A stretch of 62,957 bases of DNA, filler included, from Sphacelaria rigidula (lineage: Eukaryota), in assembly GCA_964200075.2 (NCBI GenBank). It is 6 parts of 6 records of this genome, joined end to end, with 100 filler letters (N's around TTAATTAATTAA, not from the genome) between each part and the next. Parts side by side here need not be neighbours in the genome. Positions count along the whole stretch, not along the records: positions 1 to 10,412 come from CAXNAA020006539.1; positions 10,513 to 20,921 come from CAXNAA020006540.1; 4 more parts are not named here. The stretch is one strand, 5' to 3'. Each line of letters begins with the position of its first letter. The first letter of the stretch is position 1. Positions 1-11,396 of this stretch are shown one piece after another. The translations under genes and the position numbers were made by a program. The notes beneath the pieces were generated by a model. That model did no database searches and was not told where the DNA came from. It was given only the letters and a program-made list of their open reading frames with translations.

Positions 1-210
1 TGCTCCGTCCCGGCTTTGTAGGGATGCGAGGTCAATGGTCTGATGACTATGGCATGCATGATCATGAGTACACCCCCCCTCGACGAGTGCTCCGTCTCGA
101 AAGGGATGCGTGGTCAATGGTCACACGACTAAGGCAAGCAGCAAATGAGTACGCCCCTCCCCGCGCGCTGGGGGGGCATGCAAGATCATGAGTACACCCC
201 CCGTCGGTAC
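1..210 (+). repeat. Cluster of short poly(C)-tailed structured elements (variant A 1-79, variant B 88-162, partial A 3' end 176-202)
   Basis: The motif tgctccgtc..gggatgcg.ggtcaatggtc..gacta.ggca.gca..atgagtac.cccc recurs here and at 20317, 35911, 52250 and 52335. Confidence 0.85.
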
Positions 211-851
211 CGCCTCCCCCCCAGCTTGTGGCAAAAAATGACTGTTTCACGTTTTCTTTAGAGTTCTCATGCTTCACGTTTACTCAGTGCGTGTGAGTCA
301 TTAAGCACCGGGTGTTTTACATGCTCTGAGTTTTTTTCTGTTTCGGGGCATGGGCAGACCAACCGTGAGCTGATGGCTGCTCGTGTTGAAAAGGCGACCA
401 GCATGAACTGCGATGCTATCGGGCCCGACAATATGATGGTGAGTCGCTCGGTGCATCTATGGGCCTGATTTCTAGTCCTCCACTTGGAGTTTCTAGCGAG
501 AAATGGGATTGTACCAAGCTGATAGAGTTGCATGCAATACGTGCTCTCAATTTGATGCTTACATTTGTAGCAAGTGGGTCCCCGTTATAGCGCTGGCCCT
601 GGATCGGCTGACCACACGGGTGCTATTATAGGCCTCTGTAATCGGGCTCTAGTTTAAGTTGGAGATCACACGTAAAACTTTAGCTACAAATCATAACAGT
701 TGCTTTACAACGGATATTTGTTCATCTGTCGTTCCTCAAATCACCTGCTCTTATCCTTGTGAATGATACTGGCATACTTCAGAGCATGTAATCATTTTCA
801 TGAGTCGATTCTCGTGCCTACTTCCTGCTGTGTCTCTTGCGTGCATCACGG

Positions 852-1308
852 GCGTACTTCGAGAAGAACACTGGCGTTGGAAGAATGCTACGGTGGGGGG
901 GTGCACAATTATTTTCCGAGGTTAAAATTGTTAGAAGTCCCATATCTCATCCAAAACACGACTTATGCAATATTTGAGAGTACGCTAGAGTTACTATTCC
1001 AATGTGCTAGGGATGTCCCGAATGAATTTGCAAACGGGGGCGCCCTGACCCATATTCTTGTGCATTCAGAATCTTCAGGAGCCCCTGAACCAGACAAGAT
1101 TTCGCGCAAAAAGTGCACCCCTACCGTAGCATTGCTCGTTAACGTGTCTGAGGCCGACCAGATCGACTACAACATCTAGTTCGCAGGTGTAGTGCACGGC
1201 CACGGTATGAAGGTGGGCTTGAAGAACTGCCTCGAGCTAGCGCCTGTACCGAACGAGTACTTTGACTTCGTCGTCAACGAGGAGTGCTTCCAGTGGAACG
1301 AGTGCAAG
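852..1308 (+). pseudogene. Pseudo-exon of a GH114 (endo-alpha-1,4-polygalactosaminidase-like) glycoside hydrolase, interrupted by a MITE
   Basis: Removing 879-1140 joins 852-878 and 1141-1308 in frame: AYFEKNTGVNVSEADQIDYNI*FAGVVHGHGMKVGLKNCLELAPVPNEYFDFVVNEECFQWNECK. This matches the GH114 pattern TG..ADQ..YN...GLKN...FDFAVNEEC. There is an in-frame TAG at 1177-1179, a GT donor at 1309, and the acceptor reads cacGg instead of cacAg. Confidence 0.8.
879..1137. mobile_element. MITE, ~260 bp, with ~25-bp imperfect TIRs and a 3-bp TSD (gtt)
   Basis: Left end aatgctacggtgggggggtgcac, right end gtgcacccctaccgtagcatt. gtt occurs at 876-878 and 1138-1140. A diverged relative lies at ~34313-34571. 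Confidence 0.8.
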
Positions 1309-2726
1309 GTAAAACCCAATGCTCGGCTTCTCACCTGACACACCTGAAAAAGTACCAGTACTCGTCGGTCAACATCTAACAGGATAATCATCATTCCAAA
1401 TCGCGTGTGTTCTTGGTGAAAAGATTCAGAGACTGATAAAAGTGGTTTCTAGAAAATGGGATCCATCTAAAAAATGAGGTTGAAGTGGCATTTCTTTTTT
1501 GCAGCGATGACGCGAAACACCTACGACCGAGCGAAGCCATCTTCCCCCCTAGAATGTCCGCAGCAGTGAAACAGCTGTGGCTAGGTGCACCTAACAAATG
1601 CGGTGTACACGCGTGTCGATGACGGTGTCACCACAGAGAGAAGGAACGACAGAGAGGAAGCTCCTCGCCCGTGTCTTTAGTGTGTCCTCGCTCGGCAATT
1701 ACCAAACTCTCGAGAGACTAACATCATCGATATTACCAGCATGTGCCTAATTTTCCATGTGCTGAAACATCGAGCTGCAGAGAGATTTTCTCTCGTCTCA
1801 CAAATTGCCTGTCGAGCTCACGAATGCGAAGATCGGTTTCTCTCTGCCTCTCCTTTTGGACAGGACGCGCCTCTGTGCGCCGAAAAACATGTCGTTGAAA
1901 ACTAAGGCAATTTTCCCGTCATTGCTACTATTGTTTTCTGTCACATACATGCCAGCAAGGGCGATGGTGCGGCCATAACAAAAGATCCAATTTAAACTTG
2001 GGGGGGGTGTTATTCATCATTGAGTTTACCCACATCTCACCCTCTGGGTACCCGACGAGAACAGCCTGCCACACGCCAGTTGAGGGGGGTGTATGAGAGA
2101 TCAAACACTTGTAGAGACCTTTTGACATGCGGAGTGAAAAAAGGTACGTATGGTGGTGACCTAGCTGTTGCTAGTGTGGTGCATAGGAGTCCATCCATGC
2201 TGCAACCTGGAACACACGCTGGTCGCGTGAACACCTGGTTACACTACGAGTAGCTTTCCACAATTATTCCTATGCGAGGAGGTCATGGATTACAAGCTGA
2301 GCGAGAGTGCTCTACGATTAACCACTTGACGTTACATTTGAGACCCACGCCGTCAACCACCGACAGCAAAGGTCTCGGGACTTTCAAGCAACGCTGTCAG
2401 TAGTACGGCAGGCAAACCCGATCATAGCTAGCTTTCGTTGCTACCGTACTCACTCCCGACAGGAGTTTGCAAAGGGTATGAAGGCTCAAAAGTTGATTTT
2501 TCTCAACTACATCCACACAATTTGAACGACTCTCGAGACCCGAGGGGAGATGGCCGCTTCGGATCCACCTAAACACGCAAATATACCATCGAACAGCAAT
2601 ACCAAACTTTTCTGGGATTGGCGTCAGCCAGTCCGTGAAGAACGGAACAGAAATCGACAAGTTACCGTTCGTATTAGAAAGCAATGCTCACGAGACGCTT
2701 TGCAGGTTGAAAAACACGCATATTCA

Positions 2727-5700
2727 TGGAGAAGAAACTCTCCGTACCCCCAGTAGTGTTCTATGCGGTCGTAAAAACTCTACTCACCTTCATTAATACC
2801 TGGCGACCTCCGTTCATTCCCGCACGAGAGGTTGTTCTTATTTGTCAGAATCCCCTGTGAACACGAAATTTTGCACTATGCGGATGAAATTGTTTTCTAC
2901 GAACAGCGCGACCACACATTACGGCCGCAGAGAGCATTCGCATGTCATTTTCGAGAATATCGTTGATGCTTTTGAATGTTCCCAGGGTTCATCCTCGATA
3001 AAAAAACAAATACGCTCTATTTGTAAAATTCCGTGTTCTGTGCCATTCACACACGTGTCGTATGCGCGTGAATACCGAATCCTCGGTGCAACGCGTGCAA
3101 CGCAGCAATACTCGTACGTATTCGTTCAAGGCACCCGCCACAGCAGCACTGGATTCCACCTGTTCAAGGGCAAGTCTTAGTAGCAAGTAGTATATATATT
3201 TTATTCCCTCTGCCCCCACTCCCATCCATCCCAAAGTAAGTGCGTGTCCCTGTATCGCTTTCTTATTCCGGTGCCTGCTGTGTCCCTCCAAGCTCCCCAC
3301 CCCTGAAAGGACGATACTCAAAACCCTATATTATCAGGCAAAAAAGATCGTCCCAGCCGCGTATAAACATATCGTAACGTAATCTACTTAGCAAACCGGA
3401 AACCCTTCCCCGAATCCTCTTCCTTTACACTTTGTGACATATTCATGCTCTGTATCTATCATCCCTTCACGCCCTTCAGAACTGAAAAATAGTCAAACTC
3501 AAAATTCGAATAATCTCAAATGAAAATGCCAAAATACTAGGGACATATTCGGCAACACAAGACAACACATCAACCAAACGCAAACTCGAAACCCGTTCAG
3601 TTTCTCGATATTCACTACGGCAATGTCTGTGGCACTCGAAACCCAACACTCAAAGCAATTGAAAAGTGTATCGTCTTAATCAGAAATCGAATCTGACCGT
3701 ACCCATCAATATATAAATGTATACGCTCACTGCAGAATTGAAAACTTGCAGCCATGGTATCGTACCACTTCTTTCCGGCGTGGGTCAATGGCCCCGAAAA
3801 CAAACCAAATCAACTCAGATCAAACCCATGTACCAGTGTGCTGTAGGCCGCACACAATATTCATGACAATATTACGATGAAACTCGAAACACTCCGTCGG
3901 CAACACTTTAGTCTGCATGCTGATACTCCCATTTCATGCGAATAAGCGAAACCTCATTCCTTCCCTTCCTTCCCGCTAACTCTCTGATAAAATGATGCCG
4001 CACCTCGATGTGCTTGGAGTTGGAGTTCGTGATTGGGTTCTTCGCCAGTTTAATAGCTCCCTGATTATCCTCAAACGCAGGGATGCATGCCATTCCTATC
4101 TGCGGCAACATGAAACGCCAAACCTGTCTCAAAAACAATACCTCCTTGAGAATGTATATCATGGCAACGTACTCTGCTTCCGTCGTTGTGGACAGCGCCA
4201 CACACTTCGGAGTCCTTGAAAACCTAGACACACATCCACCTCCACACATCACTAGCCCTCCTGATACCGACCGCCTCTCAGCTGCCTTACTTGCGTAGTC
4301 GGCATCTGCAAAGACATGAAAGCTAAGCCCCTGCATACTTCCTCTGCGAAAAGAAATTCCCAGCGAACTTGTTCGCCTTACATACCCCAAAATACCAAGC
4401 GCAGCACGCCAATGAATGTGTTCTGGTGAGGCGCAGTACCTCGCTACTGCACGTACTGCGTTGGATATGTCTGGCTTCATGTGGGTTGCCAGCCACATCA
4501 GCGACCCAATCAACTCCCAAAACGGAAATTCATTTGCCTGCTCTTCTACAATGAACTCTTCAAGCTGCGCACCAACAGCGATGAGGATACTCTTTCCCCA
4601 CTCTACACCGTATTCCTTCGCCAACGCTTCTGCGTATGTCTGTGGTAAATTTTCAGAGTCACCTTTGCAATATCTCTCTCATGGTACAGTCCATAATACC
4701 GACGCAAATTCCCAAGGTTCTTGACTGGAATCATCGTGTTGAGATCTGTACACGGGTGGCCACTGGGGTTCCTGTAACCTAACATTTGGACGTTACTGAC
4801 CTTGTGCAACGTCTGTAACGTTCAAATTTGAGGTTTCAGGCACCACGGTGGCCACCCGTGTACCAAACTCGTCACATCTGTCCTTCTCTCCCACTGCGAA
4901 TATGCCATCTACATGTACTACTATGGTGATAATCACTCTGTCATTCTCAATCAAACGAAACACGCATGAATCCACCAAGCACTGATCAAATCCTAGAACA
5001 AATAAACACCCCGCCAAGTGATTATGCCATAGCCTACTTGCTTGCTTCAATCCGTACAAACGTTTGTTGAGCCTTACTATCTTACCAGATAAGCTTCCAC
5101 ATAACGAAGTGGCAACCGCATGAATACGTCCTCATCCAACTCAGACTGTACGAAGGCCTGTTCAATATCAAAATGATGCAACGCAAGACTTTGCTCACAA
5201 GATATTAATAGAGTCGCCAACAAACGTACGCTAGAAACTTCTACGGTGGGGGCATACAGTTTTCGAAAATATATGTTCTCCCTATGCATGTCTCCTCTTG
5301 TTACGAGTGCTTCATCTTCGTGGGCGATCCAAACTTGTCCGCCTTCCAGTTGTACACCTATTTCGCATAGATGTAGTTGTCCACGGGTTGATTTTCCGCT
5401 GAGTCCACCGTCCCCGCCTCCAGAATTCCACGCCATTCCCGCCCCATCGAGCCCCTCCATGGTTCACCGTACTCCGGGCGCACCGCCTGCGTGTATCCCT
5501 TGGGCACCTTGAGGTCGTTTGCTGGACATTGTGGGAGTTCCGACGGGATGTGCGGCGGGCGCTGCTCGCGCAAAGCGACATATATATCTTCACGCGTCGC
5601 CAGCCTCGTCGCGAGTCACATCGGTATCCCCCCGCGCCCCCCTCTTCCAACATCCTTGTCCTGTCGCCCGGCATTAACTACGGAGGGCATGAGGAGAGCG

Positions 5701-5870
5701 GACAGCAAGGATCGCTCATCCAACTGCTGCATGAGTCCCCAGCTGTGGTGCAAGAATACGGCCTTGTCAGTCTTACATTGCGTCGACCCCAACCGCGTAC
5801 GCCCTGGCTGGCGGGGGTCTGTTTTCAGATCCAGCTCCTTCCTCACTTTCATTGGGAGCGGCGAGAAAGA
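2727..5870 (-). mobile_element. Degenerate Ty1/Copia retrotransposon, 3' half (RT, RNase H, probable 3' LTR 2727-3290)
   Basis: Frameshifted RT fragments APTVEVSSVRLL..HFDIEQAFVQSELDEDVFMRLP (5077-5460) and YGLKQASRLW..IVVHVDGIF (4793-5059). RNase H motifs FADADYA..RRSVSG..ALSTTTEAEYVA..EDNQGAI..SKHIEVRHHFIRE (3908-4624). A purine tract aggggtggggagct (minus strand, 3291-3304) abuts a segment bounded by tggag...ctcca. The element is cut at 5870 by a second LTR element. Confidence 0.92.
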
Positions 5871-6453
5871 TGTTGGAATTTGAGAAATAACAGTTCCGAA
5901 TATACATACTCGAGATTGGCGGCACAACCAGACACGGTTCATCGTTAAAAACAAAATCGTAGGAATATCCGAAGGAGTGAATTATTCGTCGCAGAATAAT
6001 GAGTAACTCACGTACTGTATAGCTCATATGCAGAGAGTCAGCATATTGTCAGAATATTGAAGAGTTGAGTACGTGCAGTCTAAGCTATCAACAGTTTGGA
6101 TAAATAGTTTTATACTGTCCAGCAGTTTTGTCGACAGAGTGAAATAGTACCACGCTATTTGTTCTCCGAAGCGACCCACCTCAAGGAAGCGTACCAGCTA
6201 ATCATCAGTATTCTGTGGAAAGTCGAGACTAATTGCGTTTGATTTGAGTAACGCTCGGATGAAGCGGCAAGTTTAAAAATATTTTGTTTCGTCGCACAAG
6301 CAAGTGTACAATCAACACTGTGCAGCCTCTGCGAGCTCTCTTGTCAGAGCTGGGTTTACCACTTGAACCGATTGTTCCTGTCAGGTTGAGAGTCGAACAC
6401 TGTGTATTTTATACACACAAGCCACGATAGTCACAGCCATATATATTCCAACA
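5871..6453 (+). repeat. 5' LTR (583 bp)
   Basis: TG...CA ends with a perfect 9-bp terminal inverted repeat. The sequence is repeated at 9556-9688 and 10216-10412. Confidence 0.93.
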
Positions 6454-6804
6454 GGTTATGAGCCTCGCCACATCAACAGGTCAAAGCCACGTTTACAGGT
6501 GTTGACCGAGGTTTTGAGTTTTACTTGTGACTAAAGTTTAGCACCGTGGTCTTCGGCACCAGCAGCAAGGACGCCCCATCGAGGACGTCAAATTGCAGCA
6601 AGGAAGGAGCGTGGTCGTCCCGCCTATCAGCAAGGGTATCAAGAAAAAGATGATTTGTGGGTAGTATAGTTCCGGCATGAAGACGAGAAACAATCTGAGG
6701 TGAAGAAAAATTGAGGTGTGAATAGAAATAACACAGATTGTAACGGACGAATTTATCTGGAGAGCCATCCGTTCCTGAAGTCATGAGGAGTCTCAGTCAG
6801 TTTA

Positions 6805-8031
6805 ATGGGAAACATTTCCTCGAATGGGAAACGATCCGTCCGGGCAGTAGTTTCACTGACACACCCGGGAATTTCGGAAATTATCAACGGCAAAAATCGT
6901 CCCGAAGAAATGTATGAGCTTAGGCAGCGATGGGATGTAGGGATTCCGCAGCTCAGTGCTAGAAGTACGTCGAGAGTAAGCCCTGTAGCCACACGTTCTA
7001 GAAGCCTTCCAACGGGAGCAGGAACAGAAATATCCTCAGAGGAGACGTCGACAGCAAGAGTAGCTGTCTCATCAAGTCAGGATTCCGCAGTTGGAGTAGG
7101 CAGTACTGACACCCATGTAAGAGTAGTCAGTAACGCGCAAGAAGTAGCTGATTTCGATCGCAATAATGAAGTGCGGTTTCATATATGGTACCTGACCACG
7201 ACCGGACCTGCGAACAGTTTGCGGAGATTCGAACCACAGGGCGCCGATAGACCTGATGGTAGAAATGCTTGGGAAGGGTTGATTGCAAAATATCAGAATT
7301 TTTCCAAACAAAGGCGTCGAATTCTGATAAGACAGTTAGACAATTTAACTATGTCGCAGGGTGAGGACCCGGATGTATTCCTCTCGACTTTATATCAAAT
7401 CGAAGACGAAATAACTAATATGAATGAGAGCGTCAGTGATGGACGGTTAGCAGGTATAGTAACCGAAGGACTGACTGATGATTACAGTCAAATTAAATAC
7501 GACGCTGAAAGGGATCCTGATTTTAGCCCATCACAGATCGAATCTACTATGAGGAATCTATGTATCAATCGTCCAGCTCGTGGTAAATCTGTGAGAAAAC
7601 CTGTACGTAGAGATAGTGCTTTGATTGCAGCATCGCCTGTAGAATATTCTGGGACGAAAACAGTACACCAAGTGAGGTGTTTCACGTGTGGTACGATGGG
7701 TCATCAAATGCGTGAATGTAGATCTACGCAGCAGTCTAATGATAGTGGTAGACAGACAAAATGGTGTACACTACATAGAACAGCCAACCATCATAACACA
7801 GAGTGTAGAAGTCAAAACACGAATAAAGGCACAGGGAGTAATGACGGGAATGTCGGGCACAACAGTGATGTCGCATGGGAGCAATCTGGAACATGCGCAT
7901 CAGTGAGTAAACAGTTACCCTGGACAAAAGTACATGTTAAGATCCTACAAATGCACAAGGTCTTCATGCAAGTGAATCATCGGCACCAGTGGTGGATAAT
8001 TCGACAAGCAGGATGGGATTCACCTTCCTAA
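6805..8031 (+). CDS. gag: Copia Gag polyprotein (UBN2-like capsid region plus zinc knuckles)
   Basis: 408-aa ORF with DGRNAWEGLIAKY, MSQGEDPDVFL and GLTDDYSQI motifs, a CCHC knuckle CFTCGTMGHQMREC and a second knuckle WCTLHRTANHHNTEC. Confidence 0.88.
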   Translation: MGNISSNGKRSVRAVVSLTHPGISEIINGKNRPEEMYELRQRWDVGIPQLSARSTSRVSPVATRSRSLPTGAGTEISSEETSTARVAVSSSQDSAVGVGSTDTHVRVVSNAQEVADFDRNNEVRFHIWYLTTTGPANSLRRFEPQGADRPDGRNAWEGLIAKYQNFSKQRRRILIRQLDNLTMSQGEDPDVFLSTLYQIEDEITNMNESVSDGRLAGIVTEGLTDDYSQIKYDAERDPDFSPSQIESTMRNLCINRPARGKSVRKPVRRDSALIAASPVEYSGTKTVHQVRCFTCGTMGHQMRECRSTQQSNDSGRQTKWCTLHRTANHHNTECRSQNTNKGTGSNDGNVGHNSDVAWEQSGTCASVSKQLPWTKVHVKILQMHKVFMQVNHRHQWWIIRQAGWDSPS

Positions 8032-8078
8032 CAGAGTCTATAGATAATTGCTGTAGTAAGTTAGCCATGTCAACCTCG

Positions 8079-8642
8079 TTTTCATTAACAATCGAATCAG
8101 GGGCAGTCACCCACTGCGTGGACAGTAATTTACTACCTGGTATAGAGCGGGAACTGTAAGATTATGCCGAGTTCAATCCCCCAATAAGTATACGAGCAGC
8201 AGAGGGGCACATGCCAAAAGGAACAGGTAAAGAAGTTGTACACATGATAGTGGTAGATACCCATGGCTATGAGCGGTCCGTGTGTTTACCAGCCATTGAA
8301 GTACCCAAATTGGGGAAACGTTTATTCTCGCCTTGCGAAGCACTCAAGAAGGGCGTGGATACTATTTTTTCAGCAGATCCACATGTAGATTTGGGAAATT
8401 TTCAAATTCCAATGAATGTTGATGACAGCGGGATCTTAAGGAGTATAAGTATGAAAATCGTCAATGAGGGTAATTCAAGTAGCTCAGCGCCAACAGCTAC
8501 ATTAGTATCCGGAAAATCAATGAGTGTAGACACAACCCTGCTAGTCAGTGAGAGAGCAAAAGTAGATCGAGAATCATGTAGGGAGCAGAAAAAAAGTAGT
8601 GAAAGTAAGATACCATCGATCAAGCCGGAGGCAGTAGATTAG
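8079..8642 (+). pseudogene. Degenerate Copia aspartic protease region
   Basis: FSLTIESGAVTHCVD is a DSGA motif with D>E. It is followed by a stop and then GTGK...LPAIEVPKLGKRLFS, typical of the Copia protease C-terminal part. Confidence 0.65.
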
Positions 8643-9319
8643 AATAAGAGTAGATACCACTCTACAAGTAAGAAAAAAACAAATTTCACTAGCACAGTAA
8701 GAGGCGGCAACGCCAGCAGTCATCTTCACGATATAAAGCAGCGTATATTAAAGAGATTCTGGGGATCAAGGGTGCACTAGATTCATTATTAGGCAAACAG
8801 GTTCGAAATAGGCAGAAGAAGGCGTGCCTAGCGAGTAATAACATGAGATCAGTTCAGTCACCTGTATACCTGAACCGTAAATCGTTAAAATCGCCAACGT
8901 ACATCAACAGCAAGGAAGATACGCATGTACGTGAAATAGAAGAGGCACGATCGCACAATGTTTTTCATCTCCAAACCACCCCGAGTGATGCAAACAGCAA
9001 GATTGTCAATTTCCAGCGACAAGGAATCACGGACCAAGGACAGATCCGAGAAGCATTTAACCATCATGAACACCAACAGCGACGATGTCGACACCAAGAA
9101 GCAGCAGGCATACATACTACGGACTAATGTTTTAGGTATAAGGTGGACAGTAGTAAATGGTAGAGAATAAGCATCATCAACGACGGGATAGTGTAGCAAC
9201 GATCGACTGAGTAGCAAGAACAGAGGAGAGCAACTTCGACGACATCAACGGAGTAGGTCTCAGTGAGCCCAGTAGATACAAGCCTTCGGTATTTTTTTTG
9301 TTATGGAAGATCATCTGAG

Positions 9320-9490
9320 ATAGTACAGCAAGGTACAGTAAGATACAGTAAGGTACAAGGTACAGTAAGGTGAAGTGGAGCACAGTAAGGCACGGTAAAG
9401 TGCAGTAAAGTACAGTGGCAAGAAGTAAGGTACAGTATAGTACAGTAAATATAATTAGCGAACAGTAAATTACAGGAAAGTACAGTATAC
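9320..9490 (+). repeat. Degenerate (tacagtaagg)n tandem array in the 3' interior of the LTR element
   Basis: Repeated gtacagtaag/gtacaag units are directly visible. Confidence 0.8.
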
Positions 9491-9555
9491 ACGTTAGATA
9501 AGAATGACTGGGATTTCTTTTTTTATATATATTCGAAATAGTATTTCGAAGGGCG

Positions 9556-10412
9556 TGTTGGAATTTGATAAATAACAATTCCGAATATACATACTCGAGA
9601 TTGGCGGCACAACCAGTTACGGTTTATCGTTTAGACAAAGATCGTAGGAATATCCGAAGGGGTGAATTACTCGTCTTAGAATAATGAGCACAGAAGTGGG
9701 CGGTCTAACTATTTAGGGGTGTTTCGGGGTTTCCCTCGCGTGCTACTTTTCGATAGAACTCGAAATAGTTAGCTTCGGTAGATTTTGGTACAACAAAACA
9801 GATCATTTTACAAACGCAGTGCCCAGGTCAGTGTTACTCGGTATTATGGGGCGAAACGAGTGAATACCCCGTTCATCAGGAGGGTGTTATTGACCGTGAA
9901 ACACATTTTTTCGGCCCTGGCGCACCGAGTAGGCAGAACTTCAAAACAAAACTGTACATTTCTCTGCAAATATGATCGGAACGAGCTCGATTGACCGAAA
10001 ATACCAAAGAGTAAGAATCTAGGCTGAAACGTGGCAGGATCCTCGATGACCGGTCAGCCTGTAATGATTTTTCTTGGAATGTGGAGCGGATACAAATATC
10101 CTCAGATTCCCGATGTGAAAAAGGGTGGCGAGCGAAAAGAGCCGAACAAAATCGCCAATCACAAACAAGTCACGAAGCGCCACAAAATGAATAGTTAGAC
10201 CGACCACTACTACAGCTCACGTACTGTATAGCTCATATGCAGAGAGTCAGCATATTGTCAGAATATTGAAGAGTTGAGTACGTGTAGTCTAAGCTATCAA
10301 CAGTTTGGATAAATAGTTTTATACTGTCCAGCAGTTTTGTCGACAGAGTGAAATAGTACCACGCTATTTGTTCTCCGAAGCGACCCACCTCAAGGAAGCG
10401 TACCAGCTAATC
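9556..10412 (+). repeat. 3' LTR (interrupted by a MITE, truncated by the contig end)
   Basis: Aligns to 5871-6003 and 6007-6204. Confidence 0.92.
9691..10212. mobile_element. Tc1/mariner-like MITE (522 bp) inserted in the 3' LTR
   Basis: TIRs cagaagtgggcggtctaactatt / aatagttagaccgaccactacta. A dinucleotide duplication (ca/ca) sits at the position that is TA in the empty 5' LTR. Confidence 0.82.
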
Positions 10413-10512
10413 NNNNNNNNNNNNNNNNNNNNNNNNNNNNNNNNNNNNNNNNNNNNTTAATTAATTAANNNNNNNNNNNNNNNNNNNNNNNNNNNNNNNN
10501 NNNNNNNNNNNN
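10413..10512. other. Artificial contig linker (N44-TTAATTAATTAA-N44); also at 20922-21021, 31431-31530, 41940-42039, 52449-52548
   Basis: Identical 100-bp spacers containing six-frame stop codons, spaced exactly 10509 bp apart. Confidence 0.98.
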
Positions 10513-10582
10513 TACTGTACTGTACTGTACTGTACTGTACTGTACTGTACTGTACTGTACTGCACTGCACTGCACTATACTG
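10513..10582. repeat. (TACTG)n pentanucleotide microsatellite at the contig start
   Basis: Directly visible. Confidence 0.95.
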
Positions 10583-11396
10583 TGAGTACCTGTACTGCTG
10601 TCCGGTGCAGACCCCAATCCTATTGCCATTGTGTCCGTAATCATGTAAGCATCTTTGTTGTGAACGAAACATACTAAAAATGGTATAGACATGGCCGGTA
10701 ACGGCAAACTTCAAATAAACAGGATAAACTGGAGTCCTCATCACCAGTTCCAGTTAAACTCCAGTTCCAGTTTAACTACCAGTACAAACTGGTCCAGTTC
10801 ACAGCCCTAAGAAATATGCTTTTGTTCCAGAGTCGTGTGTACACACTGCTGTCGAGGTAGTATTCATAGCTCACCTACCTCAGAGGGTTGCTTCTTCCTG
10901 TGATGTACAACACTTGGCCACGATCTCCCATAAGCCCCCGCTGCTGGAGTGCTCCATCGATACCGAACACTGAAAACCACCTCGGGCAAATTTGGTATAT
11001 TCGAATCCCAGCTGTACGATAGTTTTTTGTGGCGTTTCGCCCGTGGCCTTGCTCCAGAACGTGAGAAACGTGAGGTGACTAAACAGGAGGAATTCTGTTG
11101 GCGTTTACGGGCTGCATGCGTGCTGATGCTTAGAGTCATAATCCATGAATCAATGCTTGATGGTTGAGTACCATTGAGGCAACACCAACTACCGTACCAG
11201 GGAGATTCGTTGACTCTTGGAGACGGCGGACTGGTACAGTCCTAATAAGATGAGATGAGCAGTTGGTCGGCACGGATCAAAATATAATCTTCCCAGTGCG
11301 ATAATTATTTTCGCTGTGCATTTTGTGCCCCTTTTGTGTTTGTTGTACTACCTGTCTGTCTCGTGTCCACTTGTCCATTTGTTCGTTACAAGACAG

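Larger units (their letters stand above)
5871..10412 (+). mobile_element. Copia-type LTR element carrying gag and a degenerate protease only (non-autonomous); 3' LTR runs into the gap
   Basis: 5' LTR 5871-6453 (tgttggaat...attccaaca). PBS ggttatgagcc at 6454-6464 is the internal tRNA-Met type of Copia. The 3' LTR starts at 9556 after gaagggcg. No integrase, RT or RNase H motif was found in the 3.1-kb interior. Confidence 0.92.

Noticed and set aside
9177-9578. Hydrophobic 133-aa ORF
   Set aside because: It is the antisense reading of the tacagtaagg tandem array.
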